Assembly (NCBI RefSeq): GCF_009914755.1
Contig: NC_060932.1
DNA: 64,000 bases
Strand: one strand, 5' to 3'
Source: the human T2T-CHM13v2.0 reference genome, Homo sapiens
The notes beneath the pieces were generated by a model, which saw nothing but the letters and a program-made list of their open reading frames with translations, searched no databases and had not been told where the DNA came from. Positions 28,035-48,253 of this stretch are shown here, in pieces (position 1 is the first letter of the stretch; every line of letters starts with the position of its first letter). The translations under genes and the position numbers were made by a program.

Positions 28035-28195
28035 AGAGATTTGGAAGATTCACCTAGCTCACTGTGTGCTTTACAAATAAGGAAACAGAATCAGAGATGT
28101 AAAATAACTTGCCCAAAGTCATACAGCATCAAATAAGCAAAAAATATCAGGGACCAGGTCTCCTAACTCACAATCCAATGATTGTGACACACACT
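28035..28195. mobile_element. MIR fragment
   Basis: MIR core: tttacaaataaggaaacagaatcagagatgtaaaataacttgcccaaagtcatacagc. Confidence 0.75.
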
Positions 28196-29059
28196 ACCCA
28201 AAGAAAATTAGGTAAATGTCATGGTTACGGGAATTCTGACTTTCTGAAATCAGGTTTTTCTCTTTTCTGATGTTTTGCACTTGTGATGAGCCCAGAGGTG
28301 ATAATCCTATAAAGTAAATAAGCATAAGATGTTATCTCCCATAGGGCAACTTCTATTTGTGGCTAAATGAGCCAAGATGAAGAAACACTTCAAATAAAAG
28401 ACTCAGCTGGAATAACATAGCAAAGAGGCTGCTTAGCTTGAAAGGGAGTTTGGCACTTAGCCATTGTGATTCATAAACTATAGTGCAATAAACTTGTACG
28501 AACAAAAATCTAATTTCCATATTCAACGCTGGTTACCTGAATGAGCCATATGAGAGCTAATTTTTGGAAACAACATTAATTCTCTGGAAACAAAATGAGC
28601 CACTTGATACCAGACAGAGTGTGGTAGCTAAAGGGTTTTCAAATCTTACATCCTATTCATACCTTTTCTCCACCTCCAGATTCCAAGGAATATCTCTAGA
28701 ATTGACTTACATCAAATCCTAGTCCAGTTTAATGCCTGTTTTCCTTTTAAAAGAATCAGTCTGGTTGATAAAAGTAAAATACAAAAAGTAAGCCATCTAA
28801 AGCAAAAGAAAAGAAAGATGAGGACATGTGATTGAGTCTCAGAAGGTTTTAAAGTATTCAATATCACCAAGAAAGTTTCCTTATTTGTATCAAAGAGACA
28901 AGGGTACCAAAAGTTATTTGAGACTAGAACCAGCAATATTTACTTGAAAAGGTTCAGGAAAACTAATTCTTTCCAAAATCTCAATAAAGTCCTGAAAACA
29001 AGGAATATGATAACTTGATAGTTCTTAAAGGTAAATTTTTAAGGAAACATCTGATACAC

Positions 29060-29420
29060 TGTGGTAGATTGTAGTGGTGTTCACAGTAGCCACTGTTTCT
29101 CCGGGTAAAAGCATTATTAATTGATGTCCCATGGGTACCAAGCTTAGTCACATGACTCTTTGGCTGATGAACTGTTAGGAGCAACATATGCCACTTCCCA
29201 ACAGAAGCTGTATGAGCCATCACATGGTTCCACTATGTTCTCTTCCTACTGCCACAAGTAAAAAAAAACATCACACACAGAATATTCTCCTTAAATCTGG
29301 AAACTGGAAGGAAGACAATGGCTCATGGTAAACATATAGACTGAGCAAAATTTTCTTTGAGTTGTAGGCCACTGAGTTATTTGTTACTGCAGTGTAACCT
29401 AGCCAAAAATGACTCATAAG
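29060..29420 (+). mobile_element. MLT1-type solo LTR, old
   Basis: Starts tgtggtagatt and ends ggccactgagttatttgttactgcagtgtaacctagcc...gactcata. Confidence 0.65.
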
Positions 29421-30486
29421 AGCTAAACAAAAAGCTCTTTGTTTCAGGTAATGAACTACATGGTTCTTTGCATACCTCACACTGATTGCAAAATATGTGT
29501 TAATATATGTACTCATTATCCTAGATCAATGTTTTGCCAATACTTTTGATCTAGCATGTACATTATGATGTAATACACATATGCATGTATAGATATATAA
29601 ATATGTAGACATAACTAAAAGTCACAAAATGATACCTTACTATGTGTATTGTACTCTATTTCCTCTTCTATTTTAAATTTTTTTTTTTTTGGAACCCACT
29701 AAATTGATTCGAAGTCCTAGTAATGTGTCACAATCTATTGTCCCACTTTCTACCCAGGGTCCACCTCGTTGGACTATTCCCTAAGTGTGTCTTCCTGTTT
29801 TATTTTTTCTCCCAAATTTTAATGTAGCAGCACTTGACCCCGAATTTACTGTAGGATCCCCAGGGAAGATTTTTAAAATTTTGCTCCCAAACCTTCACAG
29901 ATGATGATTTATTTGGTATGGGCTGGAAACCATTATTTTAACATTTTAGGATTCGTCACAGGTTCCTCACTAGAGGAAGACAAGAGAACAAACCATTGTT
30001 GAACAATGTAATTAAGGTTTGGTGATGATGCATCTGCAATGAACTGTCCCTGTGTGAATCAACAGGATTTTAACCTTTTGTTGAATATCCAAATTATGGT
30101 CAGCTATAGAACATTTAAAAATTGTTGTAACATACTTCTTTTCAGGGCACAAATTTTGACCATTTATATATACAGAAGTAAAGCACCAGGTGGGAAAGGC
30201 AGTGAATGGGGTGCTTACAGGCTGATGACATTGTCCAACTCAACATCCATCTTGGGACAGTAGTGAGCCCTGGGGTGCTGTGTCCCAGAGCATATACATT
30301 TCATTATCAACACTCATATAAATCATTTGGACATATGTCTGTTTATGCTAATACACATACTTTGGTTCCTGAAAATCTGCCACCTTAATTTGGCCTCCCA
30401 GTCATAGAAGATCCTGCAACTGTCTCTCATATGGCCATACAGTTTTGTATTAGTCAGTGTTCTCCAGAATAAAAGAATCAATAGGA

Positions 30487-30674
30487 TGTGTGTGTGTGTG
30501 TGTATATATATACACATATATATACATATATATACACATATATATACATATATATACACATATATATACATATATATACATATATACATATATATACATA
30601 TATACATATATACATATATACACATATATACATATATATACATATATATACACACACACACACACACACATATA
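30487..30674. repeat. Compound microsatellite (TG)n-(TA/CATATA)n-(CA)n
   Basis: About 188 bp of uninterrupted purine/pyrimidine alternation. Confidence 0.97.
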
Positions 30675-31449
30675 CAAGCATACCTTGAAGATACTGCAGG
30701 TTCAGTTCCAGACCACCATCATAATGTGAATGTTGCAATAAAGCAAATGTCGCAATAAAGTGAGTCGCATGAATTATTCGTTTTTTACAGTGCATATAAA
30801 ATTTATGTTTACACTCTAGTCCATTAAGTGTGCAATAGCACTATGTATAAAAATGTACATATCTTAATTAAAAATACTTTATTGCTAAAGAATGCTAAGG
30901 ATCATCTGTGCCTTTGGCAAGTCACAGTCTTTTTGCTAGAGGAGGGTCTTGCCTCGATGTTGATGACTGCTGACTGATCAGGGTGGTGATTACTGAAGGT
31001 TGGAGTGACTGGCAATTTCTTAAAATAAGACAACAATGAAGTTTGTCGCATCAATTGACTCTTCCTTTCATGAAAGATTTCTCTGTAGCATTTTGATGCT
31101 GTTTGATAGTATTTTACCCACAGTAAAACTTTTCAAAATTGGAGTCAATTCGCTCAAACCCTGTTGCTGCTTTATCAACTAATTATGAAATACCCTAAAT
31201 CCTTTTTTGTAATTTCAACAATGTTCACAGCATCCTCATTAGGAGTAGATTCCATCCCAAGAAACCACTCTTTCTGTTTCTCCATAACAAGCAACTCCTA
31301 CCTGTTTAAGTTTTATCATGAGATTGCAGCAATTAGGTCACATCTTCAGGCTCCACTTTTAATTCTAGTTCTCCTGCTATTTTCACCACATCTGCAGTTA
31401 CTTTCTCCAAGGAAGTATTGAACCTCTCAAAGTCACCTATAAGAATGGC

Positions 31450-31742
31450 GGCCAGGCGCGGTGGCTCACGCCTGTAATCTCAGCACTTTGGGAGACTGAG
31501 GCAGGTGGATCACGAGGTCAGGAGTTCAAGACCAGCCTGACCAATATGGTGAAACCCCGTCTCTACTAAAAATACAAAAATTAGCCGGGTGTGGTGGTGC
31601 ACACCTGTAGTCCCAGATACTCAGAGGCTGAGGCAGGAGAATCACTTGAACCCAGGAGGCTGAGGTTGAAGTGAGCTGAGAGTGCGCCACTGCACTCCAG
31701 CCTGGGCGACAGAGTGGGACTCCATCTCAAAAAAAAAAAAAA
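31450..31742 (+). mobile_element. AluS inside Tigger1
   Basis: Full Alu; TSD aagaatggc at 31441-31449 and 31743-31751. Confidence 0.95.
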
Positions 31743-32218
31743 AAGAATGGCTATCAACTTTTTCAAAACTCCTGTTAATATTGGTATTTGACCTCTTCCT
31801 ATGAATCACAAATGCTCTTAATGGCATCTAGAGTGGTGAATCATTTCCAGAAGGTTTCCAATTAACTTTTCCCAGCTCCATCGGAGGCATCACTATCTAT
31901 GGCAGCCATATTCTTAGGAAATGTATTTCTTAAATAATAAGAATTTAAAGTCAAAATTACTCCTTCATCCATAGGCTGTAGAACAGACATTGTAGCCAAT
32001 ACAAAAACATTAATCTCCTTGTATGTCTCCATCAGAGCTCTTGGGTGACTAGGTGTGTTGTCAATAAGCAGTAATAGTTTGAAATAAATCTTTTTTCTCT
32101 GAGCAGTAGGTCTCAACAATGAACTTAAAATATTCAGTAACCTATGCTGTAGATGGCTGAAGTCTGGGCTACATCATTTCATTTATCGTGCACATGTAGA
32201 GTAGATTTCCACATTCTT

Positions 32219-33930
<1,712 letters not shown>

Positions 33931-36429
33931 TAAATGAGCACTGGCTTCAACTTAAAGTCACCAGCTGCATTAGCCCCTAAGAAGAGAATCTGTCCTTTGA
34001 AGCTTTGAAGCCAGGCACTGACTTCTCTCTAGCTATGAAAGCCCTAGAGGGCATCTTCTTCCAATAGAGGGCTGTTTTGTGTACATGGAAATTCTGTTGT
34101 TTCATGTAGCCATCTTCATCAATGATCATAGTTAGATCTTCTGGATAACTTGCTGCAGCTTCTCAATCAGCTTTACCTTGTACTTCTATGTTATGGAGAT
34201 GGTGTCTTTCCTTAAACCTCACGAACTGCCCTTGACTAGCTTAGGGAATATTGTGGCTGGTTTGATCTTTTATTCAGACGGCTAAAACTTTTTCTCTATC
34301 AGCAACAAGGGTGCTTCACTTTCTCACACGTGTGTTCACTGAAGTAACATTTGTAATTCCCTTCAAGAACTTTTATTTTGCATTCACATCTTGGCTAACT
34401 GGTGCAAGAGGCCTAGATTTCAGTCTGTCTTGGCTTTCAACATGCCTTCCTCACTAAGCTTAATCATTTCTCGCTTTTAATTTAAAGTGAGAGAAGTGTG
34501 AATCTTCCTTTCACTTGAACACTTAAAGGCCACTGTAGGGTTATTAATTGGCCTAACTTCAATGTTGTTGTGTCTCAGGGAATGGGGAGGCCTGAGGAGA
34601 GAGAAAAAGATGGGGGAATGGTTGGTCAGTGGAGCAGTCAGAATACATACAACATTTACCGATTAAGCTCACTATCTTATATGGGTGCAATTCTTGGAGC
34701 CCCACAACAATTACAACAGTAACATCAAAGATCACTGACCACAGATCACTGAAAAAGGTATAATAATAATGAAAAAGTTTGAAATATTGTGAGAATTATC
34801 AAAATGTGACACAAAGATATGAAGTGAGCACATGGTGTTGCAAAAAAAAATGGTGCTGATAGATTTGCTTAATTCAGGACTGCCACAAACCTTCAATGTA
34901 TAAAAGATGCAATATTTGTGAAATGCAAAATATGTCTGTATATATTTATTTATTATGAGGAATTGCCTCACGTGGTTATGAAGGTTGGTAAGTCTCATGA
35001 TCTGCTTTTGGCAAGCTGGAGACCCAGAAAACTAACAATATAATTCAGTCTGAGTCCAAAGGCCTGAGAACCAGGGGGAGCTGAGGCTGTAAATTCCAGT
35101 CCAGAAGCAGCAGAAGATGAAATGCAATGTCCCAGCTGAAACAGTGAGGCAGAGAAAAGAGGAAAATTCCTCCTCCCTCCACATTTTATTCTATTCAGGC
35201 CCTCAATGTACCGGATGATGCCCTCCCGCAGTGGGGAGGGCAGTCTACTCTACTGAGTCCACTGCTTCAAGTGCTAAGCTCATCCAGGAACACCCTTACA
35301 GACACACCCAGAAATAATATTTAATCTGGGTAGCCATGGCCCAGTCAAGTTGACACATAAAGCTAATCATCACAAGTTCCTTTTAGATGCCAATGATTTC
35401 AAAAGAAGGATGGCTACTCTTAGCTTTATGGCTACAATTAGCTGACAGATCCATTAATCAATGGATTAATCAATTCATTAATTCAAGCAATTACTCTATA
35501 CTCAATTTGTGTCAAGCACTATAATAGGTGACAAGGGCACATGGAAGAATAAGAGGATCTTCCCTGAAAGAGCTCAATGTTGACAGAGGTGGGAAAAGGT
35601 ATATATAAAAAGTTAGTGGTACACTGTGGTGACTGTAGTGATAGAGTTGATTATGAATTATGTGCTCTGCCTTGTAATTCACTTCTTATTTTGATCTTTT
35701 TTTCTAGGAATTATCTGTATTTCATTATTCCTTGTCATAATTCGCCATTGAATTTAACCCTAGTCCATGCATCTACCCCTTTTCCCTGTATATCTGGTCC
35801 TCATATACCCTTGCCAAAGGAATATGGTTGTTAAAGAGAAATACAACGCTATTTAATGATGGTACCTGTCCTGGCCACACATATTTGTGCTCGGATCCCC
35901 ACATGAAAATGCAGTTTCCACAATGGTTCATTCACAGTCCTGTGGGATGTACTCACATCCTTTCTCAACACATGTCATTAACACATTCTTTAATTTCAGT
36001 GCTTGTTAAGTGATGTCTTGATGGCCCTTTGCTCACTGCTATCTCTGTATCTCAGTAAAGTAGAAACTTATAATAATTAATTCATTCTGTTTTGCTCTAG
36101 CCTCTGCTGATAACTGGCAACTTTGTAATAATTGTATTTCCTTGTGATGATAATATTCATATCACAGTGAGGTATGGTAAAGGCAAGAGGTGTAGAAGAT
36201 GCTATACAACTTTTCTCATATTTAATTCCATAAAATGCATATTGTAATTTCTGCTGAATGGGATATGGAAGAGTCAGGTAATTCTCCATAATCTAAAATC
36301 TACGGTCTAGAATCAATTGCCCACCATCCAAAGTGACCTGAGGTCTAAAAATAAAATATGAATGATACCTTGTCATAGCCTATAAGAATTAGCATCATCC
36401 TTACCCACATGCTCCAGAATCTGTGCATT

Positions 36430-37555
36430 TTTAAAAAATCATGGTAACAAATAATATTAAATTTATCATCTCAACCATTTTAAGTGTACAGTTTAGTAAT
36501 GTTAAGTATATTCCCACTATTGTAGAACAGATCTCTAGAACGGTTTTCATCTTCCACCACCAAAACTCTATGCCCACTAAACCTTTTAATCGGTTCCCCT
36601 CCAGCTCTTTAAAACCACCTTCATGAATCAATAAATTAATCAATTCATCAATTCAAGCAATTACTCCTGAATTTCCTCCCCCAAGCCCTTGGCAACTACC
36701 TTTTTACCTTCTGTTTCTATCATACTGACTACTGTAGATACATCATATGTGTGAAATTATACAGTATTTGTCTTTTTGTAACTGGCTTATTTTTGTTAAT
36801 ATAAAATCCTCAAGTTTCATCTATGTTGTCACATATTGTGGAATTTTCTTCCGTTTTAAGGCTATATAACATTCTTTTGTATGTATGTACCATGTTTTCT
36901 TTATCCATTCATCTGCTGGTGGACATCTGGGTTACCTCCACCTCTTGGCTATTGTGAATAATGCTGCAGTGAACATTAGGTGGGCCTGTGTCTCTTCAAG
37001 ATCCTGCTTTGAATTCCTTTGGATAGAGACACAGAAGTGGGATTGTTGAATCACATGGAAACACTATTTTTAATTTTTCAGCATCCTCCATACTGTTTTC
37101 TACCATGGTTGGACCATTTGGCATTCACACCAGTAATGTGCAAGGATTTCAATTTCTCCACATCATCACCAACACTAGTTATTTTCTGTTGTTTTGATAG
37201 TGACCATCCTGACAAGTGTGAGGCAATATCCATTTGTGGTTTTGATTTGCATTTACCTAATTACTAGTGGTGTTGAGCATCTTTCCATGTGTTTATTGGT
37301 CATTTGTATTTATTCTTTGGAGATATGTATATTCAAAGTTCTTTGATCATTTTTAATTGGGTTATTTATATATTGTTTTTGTTGAATTGTAGAAGCTTTT
37401 ATATCCTAGATATTAACACATCATCAGACATATAATTTGCAATTATTTTCTCCCATTCTGTAGGTTGCTTTTTCACTGTTGATTGTTTCCTTTGATGTGA
37501 AAAAGTTTTTAAGTTTGATATAGTTGTCTGTTTTTTTATTTTGTTGCCTGTGCCT
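36430..37555 (-). mobile_element. L1MB-like 3' fragment
   Basis: aaccatttttaagtgtacagtt...ttatccattcatctg...ggctattgtgaataatgctgcagtgaacat...gcaattattttctcccattctgtaggttg. Confidence 0.88.
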
Positions 37556-37800
37556 GTGCATATGTTTAAAATAAAACTGTCTTACAGTTTAATTTCAAAA
37601 CAAACAATGGCATAAGTTTACAGAAGCTTCTCTCTAGTAATACTCCCAGAAAAATATATAAGTTGGTTGGTCTATATGGGTCAAGTTTATTTAGACTGTG
37701 TATCTGTTCCTAATAATAAAATGAATCAAATAATATACAGATTACTATGAACTGCCTTAATGTCCTAAAAAAAATTAGAAACAAAGTCATAGATCAGTCA

Positions 37801-38119
<319 letters not shown>

Positions 38120-38987
38120 GAAATATTTAATTGTTTATGCCACAGGTAAAATCCTTTCTAATATAAGCCTGGCAAAGATTTTTAAAAGTTTAAATTGTAA
38201 TAACCTTGACATTTATTTTTTTAACTTGGACCTCTAAGAAACTTACAATTTAATAACATAACCTAAGAGCAGCAGAAAATTTTCTAGGTTGGCCTTCACC
38301 TGTCCTTTCATCCCAGCAAATACACCTTCTTCTAGAGTATTCTGGGGCCTTCTCCATAGAATGCTGTGGGGTTGGGCTCAGACGAGGCAAATGACCTGTG
38401 AAACCTCTTACAGTTTTCATTGGGTGTATAAAATGTACTTGCAAGTGCTGACTTTCTAAATTAAAACAACCTATAAAAGTGTGTTTGAGGTGGGGGAAGA
38501 CGGAGATGAGGAAGAAGGCTGAGACATCCACAGTGTATTCTGATCACATGAGCTTTGGAAAAATACTACTTGGAGAATGTTTTAGGGGTTGCTTAATGTT
38601 ACCAAAACCACTTGGTTCTTCTGAGATGGTTTCTCTCTTCTCTGACAGAGCTGAGAAATGAGGCTCAGTCTTCTATTATGCAGGGTAGCCAGAATATTAA
38701 GAGACCCACTCCCAAGACTACACTGCAGAACTGCATGATACACAGGTCCATACTAGTCTGCAGCTCTTTCAATAAAACAAAATGGTGTGACTCAAAGATA
38801 ATGTTGGAGAAGTGGATGAACATATTGAGCCTCTGTAATTTAAAATAAATTTTGCAAATGTTTCTCAGACAATGTTGGTGGTTAAGGACGTAGCGTCTGG
38901 AGCCAGATTATCTGAGTCTGACTCCTGGTTTCACCATCTACTCAATGTGTAATCTTGGAATAAGATCTTTTTCTGTATCTTGGCTCC

Positions 38988-39349
38988 TGCTATGAGCTGA
39001 ATGTTTTTGTCCTCTCAAAATTCCTACATTGAAACTTAATCTCCAGTGTGATGGTATTTGGGGGTGAGGCCTTTGGAAGGTGATTAGGTCATGAAGGCAG
39101 AGCTCCCATGAATGGAATTATTGCTCTTATAAAAGAGACCTCAGAGGGCTCCCTTACCTCTTCTGCCATATGAGAAAACAGTGAGAAAGCACCATCTATG
39201 AACCAGGAAGCAGCCCTCACCAGACACCAAATCTGGTGCTGCCTTGATCTTGGACTTCCCAGCCTCCAGAACTAAGAGAAATAAATTTGTGGCTTATAAG
39301 TCACCCAGTCTATGGTATGCTGTTATAGTAGCCTGAATGAACTAAGACA
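38988..39349 (+). mobile_element. MLT1A-like MaLR solo LTR inserted in a MIR
   Basis: TG...CA termini (tgctatgagctgaat...actaagaca) with 5-bp TSD gctcc at 38983-38987 and 39350-39354. MIR-like sequence lies on both sides (about 38875-38985 and 39355-39485). Confidence 0.88.
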
Positions 39350-39747
39350 GCTCCCTTTTCTGCAAAGCAGAGATAATAATACTGTTTACGTTGCTGGGTG
39401 GTTGTGAGTATTCAGTAGTGTGTATAAAATCTTTAGAAACATTCAAGCTCATAACAAAGGGTCTATCAATGATAGCTATTGTTGTGAATCACATATAATT
39501 TTACCTGAAAATTAACAGGTGAACATTTTGAGATAAAGAAATCTAATGGCTTACAAACATTCTAAAATTATAAATACTCAAAATGCAAATCTAGGCCTCT
39601 TGACTCCTAGCCTATGATCTCTCCAAATTACCAATGATTCCAAACTTTCGTTATTCATAGACTACTAACAATTTTTTTTGCCATATCCACGATACACCTG
39701 GTTATAGTATTTTATTAGTCTCTTTTAAAAATTGGCTCATTCCTATT

Positions 39748-43635
<3,888 letters not shown>

Positions 43636-45221
43636 ACTCGTTTCTTTTAAATAAATAAATCACTACCCTAAATTAAAAACAAACAAACAAACAAAAAACA
43701 GAAAATAAAAACATTGCTACTGAGTTTTAGCTAGATATTCTAGCCTGCTGAAAGCTCCAAGCCCAAAGTCTGTTCTCTTGGCTAAAAAGAAAGATTAGTA
43801 AATGTCATGGGGGGTAGAGATGTGGTCTTTGACTTACTGAAGCTTTGAAGCAAACTGCAAGTGAGGTAACTTTCTCACAAGGTGATTCAACATTGCTACT
43901 ACACCCTCAATCATCTCCTGACCACGAAAGCCCCACTGCCTTTTGGGAAAAGCTGTATATGCTGTGCTGCCTCCTGCAGAAAGCCCATGAAGAACAAGCA
44001 TTGTGGCCGAGCTGCAGGGAAGGCCTAGCTGCCAAGACACCAGGGACATTTCTTATGCACCACCATATCCCAAAGTACTAGGTAGAAAGTATTGTTCTGA
44101 ATGAGGTCACACAATCAAAGATAAAACCATTTTAAAAAACAATTCATTGAAGAAACCTGAAAAAGAAGCCCAATTGTGCAATCCTTTCAGTTGGTACAGT
44201 TTTCATTTCTGAATTCTATTTATTGATGTTAAGAAGTGTCCCTCCTTGATGCTGTCAGTTTTATAATAACGTGATGTTACACCTGCAATGTGATTGGGGA
44301 AATCAACAGATTTTAAGTCACCATAAACACATTACAATTTAATTTTAAAACTCTCAAAACTACAGACAAAACCCAAACAGTGATAACACAGACTGGTGGC
44401 CTAGGAAGCATCTCTGCCAGTCACACACTCCTGGGCCCAAGGAATGCTAAATTGCCTTAGTTTCTTTGTGCTCATTGCTAGCAAAAATTTTGATAACAAA
44501 TGATTGGCTTTTATTAAAAAAAAAAGCAGTGTGAAAAACAAAAGCAAAGACAAAATAGTGTGAGATCCCTCAGATCAAGCTTTAGTGACAGAAGGAAGCA
44601 GATAAAACAAGTATCTGAATAATTTATGGTTAAACATTCAGTGTATTGTTCCACGACCTCAGTAGCTTCACTATGTTCATTTGTGAGGCCTAGAACAGAA
44701 ACTGTTTTTCTAGAAAGAGGGCTCTAGGTTTTAGTAATTTCTAGAATAAATGTTCTAGGCAATGAGGATCCATTTTTCCCTTGGGAAAAAAAAGCTTTAA
44801 TATTGGAGTCTAAAAATAAAAAGCCAGAAGCCCTCTTCAACACCCCCAGGAGGTGTTCGGGCTTTCTCTTTGATGTTCTCCCGACATTCTTTCACATTTC
44901 TATTATATGTGGCATACAGGGTAAAAATTCCATGTAACATGGCAGACATTTGTATGAATCCATGACCTCCTGTTTAAAGAAACCATGTCTTTTTCATCCT
45001 TAAATGCCCAGCACTTGTCACATTGCCAAACAGGAGTAGGGTTAAAAAATGTATGTTAAAGGAAGAGATGGTTAAATAACTACACTATGTTTTAAAAATC
45101 CGTATTCACTGTAGAGACATTATAGAATGGAGATAAACAAAACATCACCTGTAATCCAATCGCCTCAAAATAAACATTAACATCCTAATGTACATCCTAA
45201 AGACTTTCCTACTAGTATATA

Positions 45222-46678
45222 CAGGCAGTCCTTGCTTTGCACAGTAGTAGAGGATGACAAAAATAACAGTGTAAGCTGAAACTGCAAAGTGATCTGTCTT
45301 AGTCCATTCAGTCTGCTATAATGAAATACAAAAATGGTGATTTACAAACAACAGAAATTTACTTCTCATAGTTCTGGAGGCTGGAAAGTTCAAGATCAAG
45401 ACACTGGCAGATCAAGGCATCGTGTAAGGGCCTACTTTCTGGTTCAAAAGTGGCTCCTTCTACCTGTATCCTCCCATGGCAGGAGAGATGACCAAGCTTC
45501 CTGGGGTCTCTTTTATGAGGACACTATTCCCATTCAAGAGAGCTCTGCCTTCATGACCTAGTCACCTCTCAAAGACCCCACCTCCTAACATCATTACCTT
45601 ATAGATTCGAATTTCAAAATACGAATTTAGGGGGAACACAAACATTTGGACCATAGTATTATCTTAATAATCAATGAAGAATATTATAATTGTTCTGTGA
45701 CCTCTAAAAGTTTTTTTCAAAGCATTGAAATCTCTGTTACTGTTGGCTATACCTATACAGGGAAATGAAAAAAATAGTAAAACTAATATTTATTCAGTAC
45801 ACTGTAATTTAAAACATTAGAAACACTGAGAAGTAAAGTTTTTTTAAATAAAAACTTATGAAGAGTACTTTGAACAGTGCTTGCCTCTTTTTCCTTGTCT
45901 TATAACTTATAAATTTCCTGGTCTTATAACTCTTATATGGAATGTGCATTTTTTTCCAGGCTTTAGTGACTCATCACACCCTTTTCTAAGTTTGGATCAG
46001 TTTCTAGCATTTTATCCTTTGCATTTTCAATGTGAAATATCTGAGAGTTCCTTTACTGTGAAGTTATTTTTTGTGGTCATGTTCCCTGGTAAGTCTTCAT
46101 CTTTTTCATTACAACCACTTTCCTCATTTATGTTGTTAGGTTGTCCGCCTTCACTAAGCTCCTCTGGCTGCACATCCAGGATAGCAGCAGTGCCAACATT
46201 CCCAGGGTCAGTGGTCTCTTCTAGAATTCTATATAAAATTCACACCTGACTTCCAGCATTATCAGTTTTTGTTCCTTTGCTGTACTTTAATCTTTCTTCG
46301 TCAATTCCCTCTTTCAAGTACCTAATTTTACACACAGGTTTATCAGTAGGAGACAAGGAAGCAACACAACTGCACACCTGCATGAACAGAATCACACACA
46401 TGTGCAGGAACTAATCTGAGAGACTTGAAAAGAAGTGATGTGATTGGTCATTGACCGTGATGTGCATCTGTTATTTACATAGTGATTTTGGGGCTGAAAA
46501 GCTAACAGCAAAATAGCTTTGTATCTGCAAACTATAGCAGCTAGTTTGCTTTTTATTTTTCACGGTAATATACTATAGTAACTGAAATTTGAACTGTGTT
46601 TTTGGGGAACTGGTATTTTACTAAACCACGGTAATGGAGAATTTGTGCATTTAAAAACCATGCAAAGTAATTGACTAC
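45222..46678. mobile_element. Tigger-family (Tigger6-like) DNA transposon remnant, interrupted by a MaLR LTR
   Basis: Starts ta|caggcagtccttgctttgcac and ends ...catgcaaagtaattgactac, a degenerate inverted terminus. Confidence 0.6.
45295..45658 (-). mobile_element. MST/MLT1A-like MaLR solo LTR
   Basis: tgtcttagtccatt...gttctggaggctggaaagttcaagatcaag...ggggaacacaaacatttggaccatagta; TSD tgatc/ttatc. Confidence 0.85.
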
Positions 46679-47454
46679 AATAAAAACTATTTACTATATA
46701 TATTCACATCTATGCATATAAGTGTTTTAATATTATGCTATTATATGTATCCTTCAATAATTTGCTTTTCTCATTGTACAAAATTTCATGACTGTCTTTG
46801 CATACCAGTAAATCTATACCTATAGCATCCTTTAAAATAGGCCGTGCAGTATTCCCCTGAATAAATATAAATAGAATTCTTGCAGTGATTTAAGTGATAC
46901 AACATATACAATGCTCTTAGAATTGGGCCTGTCACATAGCAAGGACTAAATAAATGTTAATTAATATTATTTATGAGCATAATTTATCTGATTTCCTATT
47001 GATACATACTTAGATGGTTCCTAAGTTTTAGCACAACATTATAATAAGTTTCCTTGTACAAAGATCACTGTATACTTGTAATTTTTGATATAAAACATTA
47101 GCATAATCATGGTTATTCATACTCAAAGCAAAGTTCTTAGATCATAACTTCTGTTAAATAGGAGAATATAGGAGCTCCAGCCAGTCTGGGTTGGAAGGAA
47201 AGGTCTAAGAACAAACTCTGAGTTTCTGAGTTGAGGTACCTGTGGGCAAAACAGCCTGGTGGAGTTATCCAATAGGCAACAAAAAATACCCATCTTGAGT
47301 TTGTAAGAGATGTACAGGCTTGGTGGTTATCAGTGCAGAGGTGGGAATTAACATCTTTGAGTGTATGGGATATACCAAGGGAGAGTCAATGGGAAGAGAC
47401 TAAAGTATAAAACCCTAGGCAAAGTCAATATTAAAAAATGATGAACACTGAAAA

Positions 47455-47715
47455 CAATAACAATAAAGCAACTAATATTCATTGAGTACTTGTTTATGAG
47501 CCAGGTAGTCTGTCAAGCACTTAGCACACATTATTTCAATTAATCTCCAAATAACCGTCTTTATGAGGAAAGCACTATTACTGTTGCTTTGTTACAGATT
47601 AGAAAACTGAGGTTCACAAAAGTTAAATAACTTGCCCATGGCTACTTAACTAAAACATGGTGCAGGCAGGGTTTTCATATATACATTATGATTCCAGGAT
47701 CCATAATCTTAGCCT
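47455..47715. mobile_element. MIR
   Basis: attgagtacttg...ttacagattagaaaactgaggttcacaaaagttaaataacttgccca. Confidence 0.8.
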
Positions 47716-47717
47716 TT

Positions 47718-48253
47718 TGTATTTGTTATCATTATTGTGTAACAAACTAGCCCTAAACCAATAGGCTTAAAACAATTCATTATCTCATGACGTCTGTGTG
47801 TCAGGATACCAGGCATGGCTTAGAGTGATTCTGTTTCAAGGTCTCACTGAATTGTATGAAATCAAGTATACACAATGAATGAAATTATACACAAGAGTTG
47901 GTTGAGGCTGCAGTCTCACTTGAAGGCTTGACAGAGCTGAGTTGTTGTAGGCCTTTGTTGCAGGTCTCAATCCTTTGAAACCAAATAGCCCTCTCCACAG
48001 AGTTGCCTCATGACACAAGAACTGGCTTCCTTCAAGTGAGTGATCCTACAGAGCAAGAGTGAGCAAGTGCCCAAGATGGAAGCCACAGTCTTTTCTGTAA
48101 CCTAATATTGGAAGTAAATTCCCATTATTTCTGCTGTATCCTCTTCATTAGAAGCAAGCCAATAAGTCTAGCCCATACTCAAGGGGAGGGGAACATATGA
48201 GGCATGACTACCAGGATAGCCTCACCAGGAGACATTTGGGAGCACCTACCACT
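47718..48253 (-). mobile_element. MLT1 (F/G-like) solo LTR
   Basis: tgtgtaacaaactagccctaaa...ggcttaaaacaattcattatctcatg...ccaagatggaagccacagtcttt...agcccatactcaaggggaggggaa. Confidence 0.75.

Noticed and set aside
30323-30795. Six overlapping ORFs rich in Y/I/H/T/C/V/M
   Set aside because: They are translations of the compound dinucleotide microsatellite, which lacks stop codons; not genes.
31862-32119. DDE transposase-like ORF (possible domesticated TIGD-like gene)
   Set aside because: Short fragment of a Tigger1 copy broken by stops, an Alu and an L1.
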